Source: Ascidiella aspersa (taxonomy: Eukaryota). Taken from it: a stretch of 64,000 nt of DNA. Made by a program: the position numbers and the translations under genes. The stretch covers positions 35,712,001-35,776,000 of the forward strand of contig OZ004607.1 of NCBI GenBank assembly GCA_963924565.1. The letters run 5' to 3'. Shown here in pieces: positions 58,123 to 64,000 of this stretch. Each line of letters opens with the position of its first letter. Within the stretch, counting starts at the first letter, position 1. The notes below the pieces were generated by a model that saw nothing but the letters and a program-made list of their open reading frames with translations, made no database searches and was not told the origin of the DNA.

Positions 58123-61100
58123 AGAATTAGGACAAATACGGCCATATACAAAGGTCATATTTAGTACACTGAAATCCATTGCAGAAGGGCTAGATCTCAG
58201 TTGTTAACACAAATATATGTATGTACATGTTTCATTAAACAGGTCATATTTAGTCATTTTCGAAAAGTGTTTAGTTAAATTTCGCAACGTGCTCAAGAAG
58301 TAAGATTTCAGCTAAAGGCTCGCTGGCGCGAAAAGCAAAGAGCAATTAATTACACGACCCTAGTTCTTCCGAGAATGATGCGGTCAACGACAACGTCACG
58401 ATTATATTTCACAGCCGTGGCTAGGACTTTGAAGTTAACCCAGTTGGATTTCAATGTAGCTTTGCTTGATCGATATATACCTTGACATTGCACCTATACA
58501 CCCGCCTACACAGGAACAGAGACCTTTTGACCGCAGAGCTCATTCAAAAGTCGGCCCTGGAAGGTAAACGAACTAGCTTCCGTCTATTATTTGGCAGTGA
58601 AATTAACGCAAACTCTCGGGTTCTGTGGGCGACTTCAAAGCGAGGCTTGGAAAGATACTTAGTCAATTGGGCCTTTATCAAAACTTTACCTCTGCGCACA
58701 ATGCGATTCTTTATGCGCGCGGTTTGCAAACGACCCGACAGAAAGGCCGCGCGCTCCCGGGCACAAAGGACCCTTGCAAACAGAAAGCCGTTGTTTTGCG
58801 CCCGGGGTGCCGGGGCCAGACCGCGGCGGGGCCAAAGGTTCCAGGGGGCGGAGCGGGGTTTCAAAATTTGTTCAGGCTGGCGGCAAGTTCAACCGTGACT
58901 TTCCGAGTCGAATTTTCGTAAAGTGTATTTATTGGGCCGATCAACATTTTGCAAGAAGAAATTTGCGCCAAATTGCTGGCGTGGATTTTGAAAGTGTGAC
59001 GTTATGATTTATGCATCGAGAACTGCGCTTTGTGGAAGTGGTTACACTAAGAAGAGTTATCAAATTTATTTATTGTCTTGTTGTTTAAAAACTGCTTAGA
59101 ATCGATCCTCTTAAAGAATTTCCAGCTCCCAGAAAAATGTTCCATAAACGTATGGTGAACAAAATACTGTTCGATGAGCAATTGTGCAAAAAAATTGTTT
59201 TCCGTGATGTGTTCTGAATTGAATCACAGTCTCTTATTCCTGACAGGAAAAACCGTTGTAGGGGTATACGTTACAACTAGTACGGCCACATCACCCACTA
59301 ATAACCTCGACACAGTATAGGGTCCAAATTTCGCGGTCAACTTCTCATAATCGTCCCCTGGTTATCGCTACGTTATATCTAAACCTTACCGAGGTAACGA
59401 ACTGCGCGCATGTGCAGGGGCGGATCCAGCGGGACAAGTGGCCATTCCCCCCTACCAAATTTTATTTTTGCCTATTTAAACTACGTAAACGCAAAAGTGT
59501 TTTGCGCTCCGCGTGAATCTGACCTATGTTTCTAGTATGTCGAAGCTTATTTTTGATAAAAACGATTTTACCCCACTATAGGGATAAATCCTTTAAACCC
59601 GCGGCACACCTTCGCGCATCTGTCGCACCTGGATCGAGGCAAACAACAACCGCAGGGGTTCAACGGCATCAAGGCCGCTGAGCCGAAAGGGGCGACCTAA
59701 TTTCCAACCAACGGAGAGCTGCCCCCAGGAGCGGGTCGTCCAAATCCAGGGTCGGCAACAGCAGCTGTGGGATCGCGGTTAACTGCCTTGTACTCCATCG
59801 CACGCGACCCGTTGCGTTTCGTGTATCATAAAAAACGTCGCAAAAGAAAAGGAAAGCAGCGACCAAGGCGCTCGCGCGACACAAGGGCAAACACGGGTCT
59901 TTTTACGGTTCCCAGAAGCGCCGGCGGACCCCCTGCCGCCGCGACTTGGCGGATTGACGCCCGCGCGCGCCCGCAGGCCAATTTCCAGCTCGTCAAAACT
60001 GACCGCAGCCGCGGTGAAAAGGCAAACAGCGGCGTGGCGCAAAATACGGCACACCGCATCTCGCAGTGACTTGTGGGGGCCTCGAGTGGCGATGGGTGAC
60101 GCAGAACAAGTCACCACCTGTGTGCGGGGTGCACTTTGGAACTGGGTCGAGTGGAGGTGGGGTTTTGGGGGTAAGGTGCACTGACGTCATATTACCCATC
60201 GTAAATCGTCGCTTTACGGAAGCGGTCGCGATAGGCCAGGCCACCCCTTCTACACGGCCACCTTATGAGGCTGGCTTATTTACGGCCTGGCGCTATTTGA
60301 TCACCTGAAGGTTGGAGCTGCGGTTGTTAACCTGTAATTAATTACTGCCTAAAGGGTAATTTGGCGGTTTCAGGGGGTAATTTTCACAGTTCCGCGAATG
60401 CTTTATATCAGCGCTGAATAGGAAATTGTGCCCATACTTCTAATTGTTTATAATGTTATTTTTAATACATTTTAGGTCAATCTAGTGTTGTTAAAAGGGG
60501 CAATTGGATGGTTCGGATGCTATAAATAAACGCTAAATAGGAAAACGTAACCATACTTTTTTATTGTTTAATAATGTTAATTTTACTACATTTTAGGTCA
60601 GTCTAGTGTCGTTGTCATCATTTGATTACGTTCATAAAATTAAAAGGTGTCATTTAAATGCACAAGCGTTTCAGAGGGCTATAACGATACTGGTTAAGAG
60701 CCACTGGGTTAGAGTGTAAAGATGATGTAAAACTAAAAAAAGCGGTTCTTTTGACTTGGTCATGTAAATTTCCCCCAAGCGGTTGGAAAATAAAAAATAA
60801 GTCTGAAATTTTCAACGCCAGGTATGACTCAAGGATATGTGGGAATTTTATTGGCGTATTGAATCACGGCCTTTTATAAGTCGATTAGCGATCTAATATT
60901 TCTTCTGTCGCCGACATGGGATACGAGCGTAAGGTGAATCACGAAGGGGGGGGGGGGGCGCCAATTGCGTCCTATACACAAACATTTCACAACCATTTCC
61001 GGGAACTTTATGGTCATTTGACAGCAGTAAAATCTTTACAAGGCCTACTTGGCAAGTTTCTCGGGTGGATGCGATATTTTCTTGCATTTGGATTTGCAGC

Positions 61101-64000
61101 AATGTGAAACTTCCTTTGTGTTTCTGATTCACTTTCTAACAAGTTTAAAAGGATTTGTTCTGAAGACTTTTTACGAACGTTTATAAATTCTCAATTTGTG
61201 ATTTGATTTCCGGTTAACGAAAAATACACTTCGTCCAATGCCCACCTTAAAAGAGTTAAAATTGTAAAACTGTTTCGTAATAAATAGCATATTGGATGTG
61301 GATAAACTTGAAAAAAATTATTTGTCTTTCCTGTACCTTTAGATTTCGTGCTGTGCCTTTAAAAAAATCATTAGGTTTGGTGTCGGAAAAGTGGGCTACA
61401 GTCCTTCAGATAAACTAAACAGCAATCACCGCAGCCAACATATTGGCCCGTTTATGATTTGCAAGACCCACAAAGCCTTGATGGTTGTCGTGCAATTATT
61501 TGCCATTCGCAGGCCCTTCAATGAGCAGGGTAAATACGACGGGCCAACGGGCAAATGTTGGCGTTTCTTATCACGGGCAAGGTCGAACTCGAAACACAAA
61601 GCCTGGTTGATTCGATGGCGCAAGATCAGTAAGCGGCGGTTCACCCCTCCTACATAAGCGACGGTGTTTGAGAAGGTAAAACAGCGCTTTTGTCTTTAGA
61701 TCCGGTCTTACTAGCTCGGCATATAGAGCGGATCAATTCGAAAAATCGATTTCGGAAGCGGAAAAAACTTGAATTGAAAGATTAATCGGAGAGAGCGAGC
61801 AAAAACACGTACAACCGTGAGAATCTCTCGACATTAAGTTTGCCAAGCAGTGGTTTTGCATTCAGCGCACAGCTTCAGATGTAGCGGCCGCAAGTTGTGT
61901 TTAATGTGTTTGCGCACCAAGCCAATTCACAAACAACAGGTGAACGGCGCTCAATAGGTCAGGGAACCCAACCTTCGCCACTTTTCGCTGTAGCGAAAGA
62001 CCTTTTTGCCCTTCACGATACGATGTAGTTCGGTCGCATATATTGACACGTGTTGGACGAAATGTCATTGCCACAACAGGAGAATGCAAAAAGGAAAGCT
62101 TCTTTTGTTGGCTGTGACAGCACTGTTTGTAAAAGCACCCAACTCAAACCGAAAAAAATGTATTTTTTGAAGTACAACACAACTTTAAAAGGGTCATCGC
62201 AAGTCAGAAAAACGACAACTGGCGAGCAATCACTTTGGCCAGATTTTCGCATTTTTCAGATGGATCAGACGTCAATGACATTTCCGAGCAACTGTCTGTA
62301 ACCCCTAAAGAGGAAGCAGTGAACAAGAGAAAACACAACAGCCTTTGTCCGCTGCTGTTTGCATTGGCGACGCGTTTAGCGAGCAAGCTTTCAGGCGGAT
62401 CTCGAAAATAGTCGGACGATCTCGAAGTCCCGATAAGCGTCCACTTGTTATTGCTGCTGTCGGGTTCGTTTGGGTCGCGAGATATGCCGAGATGTCGTCA
62501 GGGGGTTGTCGCGTGGCCAGAGATTGGCGCCCCTCGAGAGACGGGATGCGAACATTTTTTTGCACAATGTGCGCAAGAATGTGCACGCGAAAATGCGCAA
62601 AAAATGTTCATACATTTTACAAGGCATGTCAAAAATGTGCGCACTTGTTTTCAATTGACGCCCCACAAGTTTGTGTTGGACCAGTGGCCGGCAAACTTTT
62701 ATGTCGCGGCCCAATATTCTATTTTAAAGCCTGTTGGCGGCCCACAACGTTAAACCACTACAACAAAACCAATAATTAACATGAAACAAAAACATTTATC
62801 ACTTGTGCAAAAGCTTGTTACATTGCTTTGGTATTTTTTATATTATCAGACAACCAAAAACAATCTCCAAACAGACTCGCCTTAAAAATCCATTAATTAA
62901 GGATGACCGCCTCAAAGGTCTCCAATAAAAGTTATATTAGACTTAACAATGAAACCGTGAATAACGATTTTGGTGTTTCCCCCGATTATCAATTTCGGTG
63001 TTTTCCCTAAGTAGTGATTTCGGTGTTTTCCCGATATTTAATTTTATGTATAAAAAGAAGGTTATACTTCCTGTCTCAAATAATGTTTTCAATTTTAAAT
63101 ATACTTCTAAGGTTAACACGTTTTAAAAAATGTTTTCTATTTTAAATCTCAATAGACTATTCTGCAAATCTTAACAAATAGGGAACTGTGGCGAAAGGCT
63201 GGGAAAAATAATACGGCGAAAGCTGGAGAAATATTACTCCTCCAACCTTTGAGCAGGCTTAGGCATTAAGCAGCGATTTGCGCAGACAATGGTTTCGCCC
63301 GCCCAGACAGCCTTTTTACAAGAACCAGCTTGAGGAGTCAATGTCAGAAATAAGACCCACTGGTGTAACTAGAGCCCCAAGGAGAGTGGAATGCTAGAGC
63401 ATTTACAGGGCAGACTGTTGTTTTGCGGCCGTCCTATCTCAACTTGAAATCAGACCCGTGCCCTGCTGTAGCTACAATAGCTCGCTTTGTATATTAAAAG
63501 ACCCCAAGCCCCGGTCCCCTAATGCCACTTAGGCCTGTTTAAACACAGCCCGGGCAAAAGTAAAACAAACAAAACAAAGTGCTTTATCTGAACGCCCAGC
63601 AACTACCGAGGCAAAACTGCAGAAATATCACAACCGTCGAGAAGTTAGCTGAAGCTAAGACCTCGTGGCATTTGGGCAACTGTGACCTCTAAACTGTGAC
63701 CTTTCGACTGAGATCAAAAGCGCCAAGGCGGCGAAACGCCAACAGCAGTTCTCTAAGATTTTCAACAACGCGCCTTTTCAACAAAGTAGCCCAGCAGCTG
63801 CTATAATTTGACTTCTAAAGCAAGAGGAATGTTGTCTTCGACCCTCTAATGGGCAAACAAGGCATACCACGTATAACTGGCATTTGGCCGCCCGAAAAAG
63901 TGTGCCAATGGGTGTCGAATGCCGCGAAAATGTCCTTTTGTGTCGACCTAAAGCGCATCCTTCGGGTCATTAAGCGTTAAAGGCTGACCCACAAACAACG

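Overview
Eukaryotic (animal) genomic DNA. It is AT-rich with mostly short GT-AG introns and many MITE remnants; the style suggests an invertebrate chordate such as a tunicate, but that is inference only. The window is dominated by one minus-strand gene, an ADAMTSL1/3 (Punctin/MADD-4 family) homologue. I reconstructed 17 phase-consistent exons between 29889 and 8056, encoding 3 TSR, Ig1, an Asn-rich linker, Ig2-Ig4, 4 TSR and PLAC. I found no exons for the canonical N-terminal half (TSR1, Cys-rich, spacer) in 30-64 kb. Instead, a 1076-nt ATG-initiated exon at 40862-39787 ends in a strong phase-2 donor that fits the first TSR exon exactly. It predicts a ~1493-aa 'short Punctin' whose ~330-aa basic, disordered N-terminus is followed by a signal-anchor-like segment; this is the best candidate for something new. 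The introns also carry Penelope-type minimal hammerhead ribozyme motifs (one canonical GUC core in the sense orientation of the last intron), duplicated splice acceptors, hAT and Harbinger-like MITEs, a tRNA-derived element, long palindromes and a consensus CTCF site. Downstream of the gene (1-6.9 kb) are a ~1 kb direct duplication, a 5S-rRNA-like relic and nested MITEs. All coordinates were read by hand and no database search was run.
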